The notes beneath the pieces are model-generated. The model ran no database searches, was not told the origin of the DNA, and saw nothing but the letters and a program-made list of their open reading frames with translations. The position numbers and the translations under genes were made by a program. This document shows positions 27,900 to 37,733 of a stretch of DNA of 43,764 nucleotides, piece after piece. The stretch comes from an uncultured Eubacteriales bacterium (lineage in GTDB: Bacteria > Bacillota > Clostridia > Saccharofermentanales > UBA5734), in contig CAIXGU010000254.1 of assembly GCA_903919045.1 (NCBI GenBank), positions 1 to 43,764 on the forward strand, written 5' to 3'. Numbering within the stretch: position 1 is the first letter of the stretch; every line of letters begins with the position of its first letter.

Positions 27900-30800
27900 A
27901 TGGCAGGACCGGATCCGACCGCCCCGTTCGCGCTGGTCCCGACCGTCCTCGTCCGACGGTCGGCCCGCGGTCCGCAGCGGATCCTTCGGATCGAGAGCCG
28001 GACCGTCGCGGGGGACGCCGAGGCGGTCCTCTTCGGGCCCGACGGACCGCTCGGTGCGACGCGCGGACCGTTGCGCCCCGGCGCCTTCCTCGAGGCCGAG
28101 GTGCCGGAGCCGGAGGCGCCGATCGCGCTCCGCGCCTTCCTTTCCCTCGACGGCGCACCGGCGGTCCCGCTGGATCTCCAGCTCGCCCCTGCGCGGCGCT
28201 GGTCGGTCCATCTCGTCCAGGCCTCCCATCATGACCTGGGCTACACGTCGCTGCCGTCGATCGTGAAGGCGGAGCAGGTCCGCTGGCTGGAGGAAACGCT
28301 CGAATTCTGCCGGGAGAGCGACGGGGAGCCGGAGGACGCCCGGTTCCGGGCCGTCATCGAGCAGGCGTGGTCGCTCGAGGCCTTCTTCGCGTCCGCCCGC
28401 CCCGCGCATCGACGGGAGATGGCCCGCCGCCTCCGGGAAGGACGCCTGGAATGCGGCGCGACGTTCGGGAACATGGTGACCGAGTCCCTGGGCCACGCCG
28501 AAATGCTCCGCTGCCTCGAGCCGGCGGCGGCGCTCGCGCGCCGGTACGGCTTCGTCCTCACGAGCGCCGAACACAACGACATCCCGGGCTTTTCCTGGGG
28601 ACTCGCCGCCGCGCTCTCCGCCGCCCGCATCCGCCTGCTGGTCCTCGGCCTGCCCCTGTACCACCTCTGGGGCGGAGAGGGCATCGAAGCGCTCTGGGAC
28701 GAACGCGTCCTCTTCGGGCGCGGCGTTCCCACCGTCGCGCGGTACGCCGCCCCGGACGGCGGGCAGGTCCTCCTCTGGAGCGGCAATCGGGGCTGCGGCG
28801 GGGATGCGCGGACGCGGATCGACGCGCTGCCCGACCATCTCGGCGGACTCGAGGCGAACGGCTATCCGCATGACATCCTCCGGTGGGCCGTGCAGGGAGC
28901 CGCCCGCGACAATTCCCCGTACATCCCGGGCTATGTCGCCTTCGTGAAGGACTGGAACGAGCGCTACGCCTCCCCGCGGCTGGTCGTGTCGACGAACGCC
29001 CGCTTCCTGCGCGACTTCGAGGAGCGCCTCGCGCATCCGCTGCCGACGGTCCGCGGCGATCTTCCCGGACAGGACTACCCCTCCGGCCTGCTGTCCGTCG
29101 CCCGCGCCACGACCGTGAACCGGTCCACGCAGCGCCGCCTCCCGGAAACAGAAAGCCTCGCTGCCGTCGCCCGGCTGCACGGCGCAGCGGACCCGCCGCT
29201 CGGGACCGTCCGGCAGGCCTGGGACGACCTGCTCGCCTACGACGAGCACGCCTTCGGACTGCATTTCCCGGCGGGACCGGCCGCCGCCGCCGCCGAAGCG
29301 GAGAAGTCGCTGGCCGCCCTCCGGAGCGCGGCGCTCGTCCACGACGCGTCCTGCCGGACGTTCGCGGCGCTCCTCGACGGCCTTCCGCCGGTACCGGACG
29401 GATGCTGGCTGGCCGTGCGCAATCCGTCGCCGCACCGGGCGACGCGGCCGGTGCGGACGTCGCTCCGGGAGATCGACAATTTCCTCGGGGACCTCCACGC
29501 CGTGCCTCCGGAACAGGATCCGGCCGGCCAGGGCCTTCTCGTCGGCGTGCCGCTGGGCAACCGGTGGCACGACTTCCCGCCGGATGCCTTCCTGCAGGGG
29601 GCGTTCCGCCTCGTGGACGCGAACGGCGGGAACGTGCCGTTCTCCCTCACGCTCGCCGAGGAGCTGCGCATGGACGAGGACGCCGCCCGGCGGGCGGGCC
29701 TTGGGCGGAGCGGCGGCCGCATCGACTTCCAGCCGACGGCGACGGGACTGCTCGTCGACCTCTCGTTCGTGGCGACGGATCTGCCGGCCTGCGGCGTCGC
29801 GCTCTATCGCCTGGTCCCGTCGACGGAAGCCCGGCCGGTCGCGCGGTACGTCCCCTGCCGGGAGGGGGCGGTCGAGAACGCGTTCTATCGCCTCTCGGTC
29901 CGGGAGGGGCGCGTGCGCATCCGCAGCTTGGCGCTGGGGAAGGAGCTGCTGGAGGAGGACGGCCCCGACCTGCCCTTCCAGTTCCTCGTCGCGTCGGGAG
30001 GCGACCCGCCCGTCCGAGGCGCGGCGACAGGCTTCCGGACGCTGGAGTCCCCCGTGGTCCGCGCCCTCCGGATCGACGGGACCGCGCCGGGGCACCCGAG
30101 GACGGCGGTGACGCTGGTCCTCCACGAGGGTCTCGACCGGATCGACTTCCGCGTGGAAGCGCTCAAGGACGACGATCCCCTCCTCGACGTCCAGCTGGCC
30201 GTCCCGCTGGCCGCGGATTCGCCCCGCCTGCTCTGCGACGGGGTCCTCTCCGCAGCGGAGCCCGGCTGCGACTGGATCGCCCCGGTCCGGGCGGGCGCCG
30301 TCCCGGTCGGCGAGTGGGTGGTCCTGAACGATGCGGACCATGCCGTGCTGCTGGGGTCGCTGTCCCCGATGGCGGGCTACGACGAGCCGACGCCGGCGAA
30401 CGTCTCCTTCGCCCACCGGTCCGTCTACCGACGGGACGCGGAACGGCCGTTCAAGGGTCCCGCCCGGAGCGGACGGCTCTACTGGCATCTGTTCGACAAC
30501 GATTTCGGCACGAACTTCGCCGTGACCCAGAGCGGACGCTTCGGATTCGCCGGGACGCTCCGTGCCTTCCGCGATCCCCTATCGGAAGCCGAGGCGGACC
30601 GCGCGGCCCGGTCGCTGCAGGAGGCCGCGGCGACGCAGTTCCGCCGGGGCCGGGAAGACGCCGGGCCTATGGACTTCCCGTTCGGCCGGGACCTCGTCCG
30701 CCTGCCGGACGACCTGCGCCTGCTCCGCCTCGAGGCGATGCCGGACAGGGATGCCTACAGGGTCGCGGTCTGGAACCGATCGGACCGGCCGCGCCGCGCG

Positions 30801-30995
30801 CGGCTGGAGTTCCCCGGAACGCGCGTCGGGCGCGTCCGGCGGACGACGGCGACCGGAGAGGCGATCGGCGCGGTGCGTGCGGAACCGGAGGCCGTCCCGC
30901 TCGACCTCCCGCCACATGGCATCTCGTTCCTCGCGATGACGCTGGTCCGGCGCGATGCGGCGCCACCGGACCTTTCGGAAGGAGAGCGACGATGA
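27900..30995 (+). CDS. GH38-like glycoside hydrolase (atypical alpha-mannosidase family), 1031 aa
   Basis: Zn-binding SHHDLGYT, putative nucleophile region HNDIPGFSW, DNSP, LLAYDEHAFG, VRNPS. Extra N-terminal beta domain. Confidence 0.75.
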   Translation: MAGPDPTAPFALVPTVLVRRSARGPQRILRIESRTVAGDAEAVLFGPDGPLGATRGPLRPGAFLEAEVPEPEAPIALRAFLSLDGAPAVPLDLQLAPARRWSVHLVQASHHDLGYTSLPSIVKAEQVRWLEETLEFCRESDGEPEDARFRAVIEQAWSLEAFFASARPAHRREMARRLREGRLECGATFGNMVTESLGHAEMLRCLEPAAALARRYGFVLTSAEHNDIPGFSWGLAAALSAARIRLLVLGLPLYHLWGGEGIEALWDERVLFGRGVPTVARYAAPDGGQVLLWSGNRGCGGDARTRIDALPDHLGGLEANGYPHDILRWAVQGAARDNSPYIPGYVAFVKDWNERYASPRLVVSTNARFLRDFEERLAHPLPTVRGDLPGQDYPSGLLSVARATTVNRSTQRRLPETESLAAVARLHGAADPPLGTVRQAWDDLLAYDEHAFGLHFPAGPAAAAAEAEKSLAALRSAALVHDASCRTFAALLDGLPPVPDGCWLAVRNPSPHRATRPVRTSLREIDNFLGDLHAVPPEQDPAGQGLLVGVPLGNRWHDFPPDAFLQGAFRLVDANGGNVPFSLTLAEELRMDEDAARRAGLGRSGGRIDFQPTATGLLVDLSFVATDLPACGVALYRLVPSTEARPVARYVPCREGAVENAFYRLSVREGRVRIRSLALGKELLEEDGPDLPFQFLVASGGDPPVRGAATGFRTLESPVVRALRIDGTAPGHPRTAVTLVLHEGLDRIDFRVEALKDDDPLLDVQLAVPLAADSPRLLCDGVLSAAEPGCDWIAPVRAGAVPVGEWVVLNDADHAVLLGSLSPMAGYDEPTPANVSFAHRSVYRRDAERPFKGPARSGRLYWHLFDNDFGTNFAVTQSGRFGFAGTLRAFRDPLSEAEADRAARSLQEAAATQFRRGREDAGPMDFPFGRDLVRLPDDLRLLRLEAMPDRDAYRVAVWNRSDRPRRARLEFPGTRVGRVRRTTATGEAIGAVRAEPEAVPLDLPPHGISFLAMTLVRRDAAPPDLSEGERR

Positions 30996-32353
30996 ATGGA
31001 AAGATCGCCCTGATCGGTGCCGGAAGCGGGATGTTCTCCCTGAACCTCGTCCGGGACCTGTGCCTCGCCCCGGGGCTGTCCGGGATGGAGGTCTGCCTGA
31101 TGGACATCGACCCGGAGAGGCTGGACGGCATCCACCGCTTCTGCGTCCGCTACGCGGCGGAGGTCGGCGCCCCTCTCTCGGTCACGAAGACCCTGTCCCG
31201 CGCGGAGGCGCTCGCAGGAGCTTCCTTCGTCGTCCACACGGCGCTGGCCGCCTCCCATGCGAAGCTGCGCGAGGGCTGGGCCATCGCGGAGCGTCTCGGC
31301 TACCGCTTCGGCGGAAGCCTGCAGATCCTCCACGACGAGGCCTTCTGGATCAATTTCCACCAGTTCCGCCTCATGGAGGACATCCTGCTCGACATCCGGC
31401 GGATCTGCCCCTCGGCGTGGTACCTCGTGGTCGCCAATCCCGTCGTGACGGGCATCACGTACCTCAAGAGGAAGTATCCGGATTCGAACATCGTCGGGAT
31501 GTGCCACGGCTTCGGCGCCATCTATCGCCTCGCCGACCTGCTCGGACTTCCGAAGGACGGGATTTCCTTCGAAAGCATCGGGGTCAACCACTTCGTCTTC
31601 CTGAACAGGTTCCTGTTCAAGGGCGAGGACGCCTATCCGCTGCTCGACCGATGGATCCGGGAGAAGAGCGAAGCGCATTTCGCGAAGGTCTGGTATTCCG
31701 ATTTCGAAGGCCCCATGGTCGTCGACCTCTACCGGAAGTACGGCCTGTGGCCGGTCGGGGACACCGCGACGCCGGGAGGCGGCTCCTGGCCGTGGTGGTA
31801 CCACACGGACGACGAGACCGCCGAAGCGTGGCGGGAGAAGCCCATCGAGGGATATCTGGGCTATTTCGGCTGGGTGGAGTCGCAGGCGAAGCGGATCCGG
31901 GAAGCGTCGGCGCGCTCCGACCTGCGGCTGACGGAGGAATTCCCGCCGCAGGCGTCGGGAGAGCCCGTCGTCCCCCTGATCGAGGCCCTGCATGCCGGCG
32001 TCGAGCGGGTGGTCATCGTGAACATCCTCAACGACGCGGAGTACGTCCCCGGACTCCCCCGGGACTTCGCCGTCGAGATCCCCGCGCTCTGCAGCGCGAA
32101 GGGCATCCAGGGCATCCGGTGCAATCCCCTCCCGCGGCAGATCCTGTCCTTCGTGCACCGCGACAAGATCGCACCCTGCGAGATGGAGCTCGCCGCCTTC
32201 GAGCAGGGCTCCTACGACCTGCTCCTCGCCATGGTGATGATGGATCCGTTCACCCGCAGCGAGCGCCAGGCGAGGGAGCTGCTGGACGCGATCCTCGCGC
32301 TCGAGTGGAACGGCGCGATGCGGGAGCATTACCGCCGCGAACCGCTCCGGTAG
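30992..32353 (+). CDS. GH4 NAD+/Mn2+-dependent glycosidase (alpha-glucosidase/galactosidase/glucuronidase group)
   Basis: ATGA-coupled. KIALIGAGS, LMDID, ANPV, GMCHG, GVNHF, VEIPA, DPFTRS. Confidence 0.92.
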   Translation: MNGKIALIGAGSGMFSLNLVRDLCLAPGLSGMEVCLMDIDPERLDGIHRFCVRYAAEVGAPLSVTKTLSRAEALAGASFVVHTALAASHAKLREGWAIAERLGYRFGGSLQILHDEAFWINFHQFRLMEDILLDIRRICPSAWYLVVANPVVTGITYLKRKYPDSNIVGMCHGFGAIYRLADLLGLPKDGISFESIGVNHFVFLNRFLFKGEDAYPLLDRWIREKSEAHFAKVWYSDFEGPMVVDLYRKYGLWPVGDTATPGGGSWPWWYHTDDETAEAWREKPIEGYLGYFGWVESQAKRIREASARSDLRLTEEFPPQASGEPVVPLIEALHAGVERVVIVNILNDAEYVPGLPRDFAVEIPALCSAKGIQGIRCNPLPRQILSFVHRDKIAPCEMELAAFEQGSYDLLLAMVMMDPFTRSERQARELLDAILALEWNGAMREHYRREPLR

Positions 32354-32418
32354 GGGAGGACCTCGCGATCGGAACGAGCGGTGCGGCGCAGCCGGTTGCG
32401 GCGAAGCCGCGGAGGAGG

Positions 32419-32895
32419 TCAGCCTTCCTGGACGTAGTTCTTGAGCGGAGTCCGGTAGATGCCGGGCGTCGAGCCCTCGACGACGGTCGCTCCGACGGCC
32501 TTGGCGTAGAAATCCACGGGGCCCGCGCCGCCGATGAAGGCGTAGGCGTGTCCCTGGGACTTCATGTCCTCGAGGCAGGCGTACAGGAGGCGGGTTCCGA
32601 TCCCAAGCCCCCGGCACGACGGATCGACGCCCGTCGGCCCGAAGAAGCCGCGGCAGGTGGCGTCATGGCACGCGAAGCCGACGACGCAGTCCTCCCGGAC
32701 GGCGAGGAAGCAGGTGATCGGCTGGCGGGAGAAGGCGACGGCGCATTCGCCCTCCCAGCCGGGCCCGAAGGCTTCGGACACCCAGCGGAGGACGGGCTGG
32801 CGGTCATAGGCCAGGGCGCGTCGGATCTCGACGCCGGCATCGGCGGACGGCGGAGCGGGAGGAAGCGCATAGAGTCTCACGAGCATGTCGGGCAT
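32419..32895 (-). CDS. GNAT-family N-acetyltransferase
   Basis: C-terminal part of the track ORF 32419..34464. MPDMLVRLY, FFGPTGVDPSCRGLGIG (acetyl-CoA motif A), FYAKAVG. SD GGAGGTG. Confidence 0.85.
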   Translation of the reverse strand: MPDMLVRLYALPPAPPSADAGVEIRRALAYDRQPVLRWVSEAFGPGWEGECAVAFSRQPITCFLAVREDCVVGFACHDATCRGFFGPTGVDPSCRGLGIGTRLLYACLEDMKSQGHAYAFIGGAGPVDFYAKAVGATVVEGSTPGIYRTPLKNYVQEG

Positions 32896-32925
32896 GGGGC
32901 ACCTCCGAAGGGTCCTGGGGATCCG

Positions 32926-35547
32926 ATGCGGCATGGGCTCCGGCACACGGGAGCCACCCAGTCGATTATACCTCACGAGAGCCCCGAAAGGGGCCGGGGG
33001 CGCGGCCGGACGATCCACGTCGCACCCCACGCGCACGTCGATCTCGCCTGGTACTGGACCCGGGAGGAGACGCGGCCCCTCCTCCGGGACATCTTCGACG
33101 GGGCCCTGCTGCCCCTGATGGAGGCGGACCCTGCGTTCCGCTTCACGCAGGACCAGGCCTTCCTCTTCGAAGAGCTCCAGGCCATCCTTCCGCCCGATCG
33201 CTGGGAGCGGCTCCGCTCGCTCGTCGCGGAGGGGCGCCTCGAGCCGGCCGGGGGCCTCTACGTGCAGCCGGAATTCGCGGAGCCCTGCGGGGAGAGCCTC
33301 GTGCGGCAGCTCCTCTACGGACGCCGCTCCTTCGAGGCGATGTTCGGCCGAACGGTCGACTGCCTCTGGAACGTCGACTCCTTCGGCCAGACGTCCCAGC
33401 TCCCGCAGCTCGCCCTGCAGAGCGGTATCCGTCGCATGGCTTTCATGCGCGGCATGCCGTCCGACGAGGCGGCGGAGGCGCCGACGGAATTCCTCCTGCG
33501 CGGCCCGGACGGCTCCCGGATCCTCTGCCACTGGATGGCGGGCACGTATTTCATCGGCCGTCATGGACCGATCGCGGAGAAGCTGGCGCTCCTCTCCTCG
33601 AAATGCACGACGGATGCGCTCCTCCTTCCGTTCGGCGGGGACCTGTACCGACACCGCCAATCCGCCCGGGAGATCGCCGCGCTCGTCGAGGACGCCGCGC
33701 GGGCCGCCGGGGTTCCGTTCCGGGAGGTCCGCGTCTCCACGGCTTCGGCGTTCTTCGACGATGTGGAGGCCTCCGCGGACTCGGGGTCCGCGGCCCTCCC
33801 GGAACGGGCGACGGACCTCTCCGTACCGCTGCACCTGCAGGATCTCCGAGGCACCTTCGCGAACCGGATCAGCCTCAAGCTCGCGAACCGCCGCGCCGAG
33901 CGCGCGGTCCTCGCCGCCGAGGCGCTGCTCGCGCTCCTGGGCGGCGACGCGGCGGAACTGGACCCGCTGTGGAAAGAAGTCCTCTTCTGCCAGTTCCACG
34001 ACATCCTGGGAGGCAGCTGCATCGATGCCGTCGCGGAGGATGCCGCGACGCGGCTGGCCGAGGCGGAGGCGTCGGCGGTGAGCCTGATCGGAAGGCGGCT
34101 CGGTGCCCGGGAAGGCGGACCCTTCCTCTCCGTCCTGAATCCGTCCGCCGCACGAATCGCCCCCATCCGGGCGGAGGCTTCCTTCCCGAAGGGCGCATTC
34201 TCCGGAGGCTTCGACGCCGTCGGGGAGGACGGCCCGCACCCCTGCGCCCTCTCGTCCCTCGAACGGCATGCCGACGGCTCCCTCGCCCGCGCGCAGGTGG
34301 AATTCATGGCTGCACTGCCTCCCTGGTCGGTCCGGAGCTTCCGGCTGGTCCCCGCCGCGACGTCTCCCGCCGCTCCGGTAGCGGAAGGCCCTCCGGTCCT
34401 GGACAACGGCATCCTGCTCGTGGAGATCGATCCGTCGACCGGGGATCCGCAGCGCATCCTCCACCGGCCTTCCGGACGCGAACTGCTCGACGGTCCCGGC
34501 AATCTCCTGCGCTTCGAGGAGGAGTCGGATCCCGACCTGGAGGGGCGGATCGGCTCCATCGGCCGGTGGGCGGAAGACGGCGAGGCCATTCCGGAGAGGG
34601 TCCTGCAGGGCGCCTCGCCGTCAGGCGCCTGGGTCTCGGTCCGGAAGCGCGTCGACGGGTGCCTCGTCGAGAAGGAGATCCGCCTCATGGCAGGAGAGGA
34701 CCTCGTGCGCTTCACGACGGCGATCGAGGTCCTGGACCGGCGGAACCGGCTCGTCTGGACGGAGTTCGCGGTGCGGGGCGCCCGCGCCGCGCTCCATGCG
34801 GTGCCGTTCGCCATCCTGGAGCGCCCCGACGGTCTCTTCCCATCGGAGCATGCCGCGGGCTTCGCCGTCGATGGGGGCGTCGTCGCCGTGCTGGACCAGG
34901 GCACCTGCGGTCGACGGACCGCGGAAGGACGAATCGGGACGGCTCTCCTGCGCACGATCGCCGACTTCAGGGACTACCGGGCCATGCGCGCCGCCAACGG
35001 CTTCGCAGGAGAAGCGGCCGGCGACTGCACGAAGGCGGCCGAGGTGGGACGCCATGTCTTCCGCTACGCGCTGGCGTTCCGGACCTCGAAGGCCGGAATG
35101 GCGGCGGCGGGCCACGCCTTCAACCACCAACCCTTCGCGTTCCAGTGCACGGAGGAGCGCACGGCGGAACTCTGGACCGGTGCGTCCGAGGGGTTCCTCG
35201 TCACCTCCCTCCGGCCGGCCGACGGATCCGCGGTCCTCCTCCGGGGCTACGAGACGAACGGTGCCGGCGGCACGTCTTCGCTCTCCTTCGCGCGGCGACC
35301 GGTCGCCTTCGAGGCGGCCCCTCTGCTCGAAGTTCCCGCCGGTCATCGGACGGAACGGGACGCGGGGCCGGGCGACCCGGTCCCGGATCCGACGGGGATG
35401 CTCTATGCATTCGACGTGGCGCCCTTCGGGATCCGGACCTTCCGGTTGGTCCCGCACGCCAGCGGCACGTCGGAGTACCGTCCTTCGGGGGAAAGCGGTA
35501 CGATGGGAAATGGACCGGGAGCGGACCTCGCCGGTCCCGAAGCATGA
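32926..35547 (+). CDS. GH38 alpha-mannosidase (start uncertain)
   Basis: HAHVDLAWYW, FTQDQ, GESLVRQLLYG, WNVDSFG (nucleophile), QFHDILGGSCI, LDNGIL. ATG 32926 is the nearest canonical start upstream of the first motif and lacks a good SD. Confidence 0.85.
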   Translation: MRHGLRHTGATQSIIPHESPERGRGRGRTIHVAPHAHVDLAWYWTREETRPLLRDIFDGALLPLMEADPAFRFTQDQAFLFEELQAILPPDRWERLRSLVAEGRLEPAGGLYVQPEFAEPCGESLVRQLLYGRRSFEAMFGRTVDCLWNVDSFGQTSQLPQLALQSGIRRMAFMRGMPSDEAAEAPTEFLLRGPDGSRILCHWMAGTYFIGRHGPIAEKLALLSSKCTTDALLLPFGGDLYRHRQSAREIAALVEDAARAAGVPFREVRVSTASAFFDDVEASADSGSAALPERATDLSVPLHLQDLRGTFANRISLKLANRRAERAVLAAEALLALLGGDAAELDPLWKEVLFCQFHDILGGSCIDAVAEDAATRLAEAEASAVSLIGRRLGAREGGPFLSVLNPSAARIAPIRAEASFPKGAFSGGFDAVGEDGPHPCALSSLERHADGSLARAQVEFMAALPPWSVRSFRLVPAATSPAAPVAEGPPVLDNGILLVEIDPSTGDPQRILHRPSGRELLDGPGNLLRFEEESDPDLEGRIGSIGRWAEDGEAIPERVLQGASPSGAWVSVRKRVDGCLVEKEIRLMAGEDLVRFTTAIEVLDRRNRLVWTEFAVRGARAALHAVPFAILERPDGLFPSEHAAGFAVDGGVVAVLDQGTCGRRTAEGRIGTALLRTIADFRDYRAMRAANGFAGEAAGDCTKAAEVGRHVFRYALAFRTSKAGMAAAGHAFNHQPFAFQCTEERTAELWTGASEGFLVTSLRPADGSAVLLRGYETNGAGGTSSLSFARRPVAFEAAPLLEVPAGHRTERDAGPGDPVPDPTGMLYAFDVAPFGIRTFRLVPHASGTSEYRPSGESGTMGNGPGADLAGPEA
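32965..32970 (-). promoter_or_regulatory. Consensus -10 box (TATAAT) for the GNAT gene
   Basis: ATTATA on the + strand, 70 bp upstream of the GNAT start. This is a rare AT-rich hexamer in this DNA. No clear -35. Confidence 0.45.
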
Positions 35548-35557
35548 GGTGGGACGC

Positions 35558-36637
35558 ATGGATGCCTGCAACGGACCGGACCTCGGCCTGACGAACCTGA
35601 GCCGTCTGTCCACGGCGCGGACGCGCTCGATCAGTCCGGAAAACCGCAACGGCGGGAAGGGAGAGGGCGGCCGGTCGACCGACGGCACGGGCGCACGCTT
35701 CGCACGGGACCTCGGCGTCGGGTGGAAGATCTCCCCGAGCCTCGTCGTCGGACCGGGCGAGCGCATCGACATCGCGGACGCCGAGGGCGAGGGCGTCATC
35801 CAGCACATCTGGATGACCCCGACGGGCCGTTGGCGGAACACGATCCTCCGATTCCACTGGGACGGGTCCCCGTCCCCCTCGGTGGAATGCCCGATCGGCG
35901 ACTTCTTCGCCTGCGGCTGGGGCGAGTTCGCGCCGCTGGTGTCCCAGGCCGTCTGCGTGAACCCGGGCAGCGCCTTCAACTGCTATTGGCCCATGCCCTT
36001 CCGGAAGGGGTTCCGCATCGAAGTCGAGAACCGCGACGACGAGCCGATGGTCCTCTTCTACCAGATCGATTTCGCGTTGACCGACGTTCCCGGGGACGCG
36101 GCCTATTTCCACGCGCAGTTCCGGCGCTCGAACCCGCTGCCCTATGCGGTGCCGCACACGATCCTCGACGGCGTGCGAGGCGCGGGCCAGTACGTCGGGA
36201 CCTACCTCGCGTGGGGGTCGAACAGCGACGGCTGGTGGGGCGAAGGCGAGGTCAAGTTCTATCTGGACGGCGACGAATGGCCGACGATCTGCGGGACCGG
36301 CACGGAGGACTACTTCTGCGGCTCGTACAACTTCGAGGACAAACGCATCCGCCAATACCGGGAGTTCTGCACGCCGTATGCGGGGCTCCCGCAGGTCCTC
36401 CGCCCCGACGGGGTCTATCGGTCGCAGCAGCGGTTCGGCCTGTACCGCTGGCACATCCCCGATCCGATCCGGTTCGCCTCGGACCTGCGGGTGACGGTCC
36501 AGGCGCTGGGATGGCGCAGCGGCGAGCGCTACCTTCCCCTGCGGGACGACATCGCCTCGACGGCCTTCTGGTACCAGACGCTTCCTGCGGCCCCGTTCCC
36601 TCCGCTCGGCAGCCGGGACGACCTCGAGGTCGTCTGA
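35558..36637 (+). CDS. DUF2961 / GH172 glycoside hydrolase (alpha-D-arabinofuranosidase/alpha-D-fructofuranosidase family)
   Basis: RSISPEN, GWKISP, IQHIWMT, PIGDFF, NCYWPMPF, YFHAQFRR, WWGEGEVKFYLDGD, ICGTGTEDYF, YRWHIPDPIRF. SD GAGGTG. Confidence 0.9.
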   Translation: MDACNGPDLGLTNLSRLSTARTRSISPENRNGGKGEGGRSTDGTGARFARDLGVGWKISPSLVVGPGERIDIADAEGEGVIQHIWMTPTGRWRNTILRFHWDGSPSPSVECPIGDFFACGWGEFAPLVSQAVCVNPGSAFNCYWPMPFRKGFRIEVENRDDEPMVLFYQIDFALTDVPGDAAYFHAQFRRSNPLPYAVPHTILDGVRGAGQYVGTYLAWGSNSDGWWGEGEVKFYLDGDEWPTICGTGTEDYFCGSYNFEDKRIRQYREFCTPYAGLPQVLRPDGVYRSQQRFGLYRWHIPDPIRFASDLRVTVQALGWRSGERYLPLRDDIASTAFWYQTLPAAPFPPLGSRDDLEVV

Positions 36638-36683
36638 GCGCCGCCCTCTATGGACGCGGAAGGGGCGCCGGACCTCTCGCCTT

Positions 36684-37559
36684 TCAGCGCCGTCGGGTCA
36701 CGCCGCCGACGCGCCGGTACTCGCGCGGGCTGTACTCCATCTCCCGCTTGAAGAACCGCGAGAAATAGAACTCGTCCGCGAACCCCAGCCGCTCCGCGAC
36801 CTCCTTCACCGGGAGGTCCGTGAGCAGCAGGAGCTTCGCGGCGCGCTGCACGAGCTGCGCGTGGACATACTGGTTCAGCGTGATGCCGGTGTCGCGCCGG
36901 TAGGCGCGGGCGCAGGCCGTCTCGGACAGGCCCAGCGCGCGGGCGACCGTCGCGGCCGAGAGACACGCGTCGAGATGCGCCGCGACGTAGTCGTGGAGCC
37001 GGCGGTACTTCGTGGCGAGGCTCATCCGGGAGCCGACGTCGGGAAGGAAGGCGCGGACGAACCGCGCGACCGTCTCGTGCACGACGCCCTGGAAGGCGAG
37101 GATGTCGGCGGCCTCCACGCCCCGGAACGAGGCGAGGAGCCGGTCGAGGAGGTCCTGCGGCAGGGGGAGTTCGAGGACGCGGGAGACGCCCTCGAAGAGG
37201 TCGAAGCCGGAGAAGCTGGCGGTGAAGTGGAAGTAGAACTTCTCGATCCGCCCGGCCGTGCGCAGGTCCACCCGGGTGTACGAAGGGATCAGGTACATGC
37301 GGCCCGGGACGAGGTCGACCCGGCCGTGCTCCGTGTCGAGCCATCCCGCGTCGGCCACCATGCAGTAGAGGCGGCTGAACGGGGAGGAGACGCCGTACCG
37401 GTTCCAGGAGAGGTCGCCGCGGAAGTAGCCGTGGTCGAACATCTCGATCTGCAACTGATTCACATAGGCCGTGAACATCTCGTTGCGGGCGATCCCGTGG
37501 GTGTCGATGCGGGACAGCCCGTCCTGCTTCAGGGCCTCCTGCTTCGTACGTCCGTCCAT
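36684..37559 (-). CDS. AraC-family transcriptional regulator
   Basis: Cupin-like N-terminus (FSRLY, YLIPSYT, YFHF) and C-terminal VKEVAERLGFADEFYFSRFFKREMEYSPREYR. SD GGAGGTG precedes ATG 37559. Confidence 0.92.
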   Translation of the reverse strand: MDGRTKQEALKQDGLSRIDTHGIARNEMFTAYVNQLQIEMFDHGYFRGDLSWNRYGVSSPFSRLYCMVADAGWLDTEHGRVDLVPGRMYLIPSYTRVDLRTAGRIEKFYFHFTASFSGFDLFEGVSRVLELPLPQDLLDRLLASFRGVEAADILAFQGVVHETVARFVRAFLPDVGSRMSLATKYRRLHDYVAAHLDACLSAATVARALGLSETACARAYRRDTGITLNQYVHAQLVQRAAKLLLLTDLPVKEVAERLGFADEFYFSRFFKREMEYSPREYRRVGGVTRRR

Positions 37560-37733
37560 GGTCCGCACCTCCCGGGGCACGCCCCTCTTCCTTGATAGCG
37601 CGAATGCATCCTTGCGTCAATCCCGTCCATGTTTCGCCCTGCCGCAGGTGGGTACAATGAGGCTGGAATGGTGCCTGTCGGCGCGCGGGAGGGTCCGCGC
37701 CCGCCGCTTCGTCCATGTTGCAGGAGGTACGGG
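37560..37733. promoter_or_regulatory. Divergent AraC/fucI control region
   Basis: TACAAT -10 at 37653-37658. TCCTTG direct repeat at 37589 and 37609. CGTCCATGTT at 37624 and 37710. Confidence 0.5.

Noticed and set aside
30955-32925. Apparent 1530-aa GH4-region/GH38 fusion or frameshift
   Set aside because: The upstream part overlaps GH4 in another frame and the GNAT antisense, with low-complexity shadow composition. GH4 has its own intact frame and stop at 32353.
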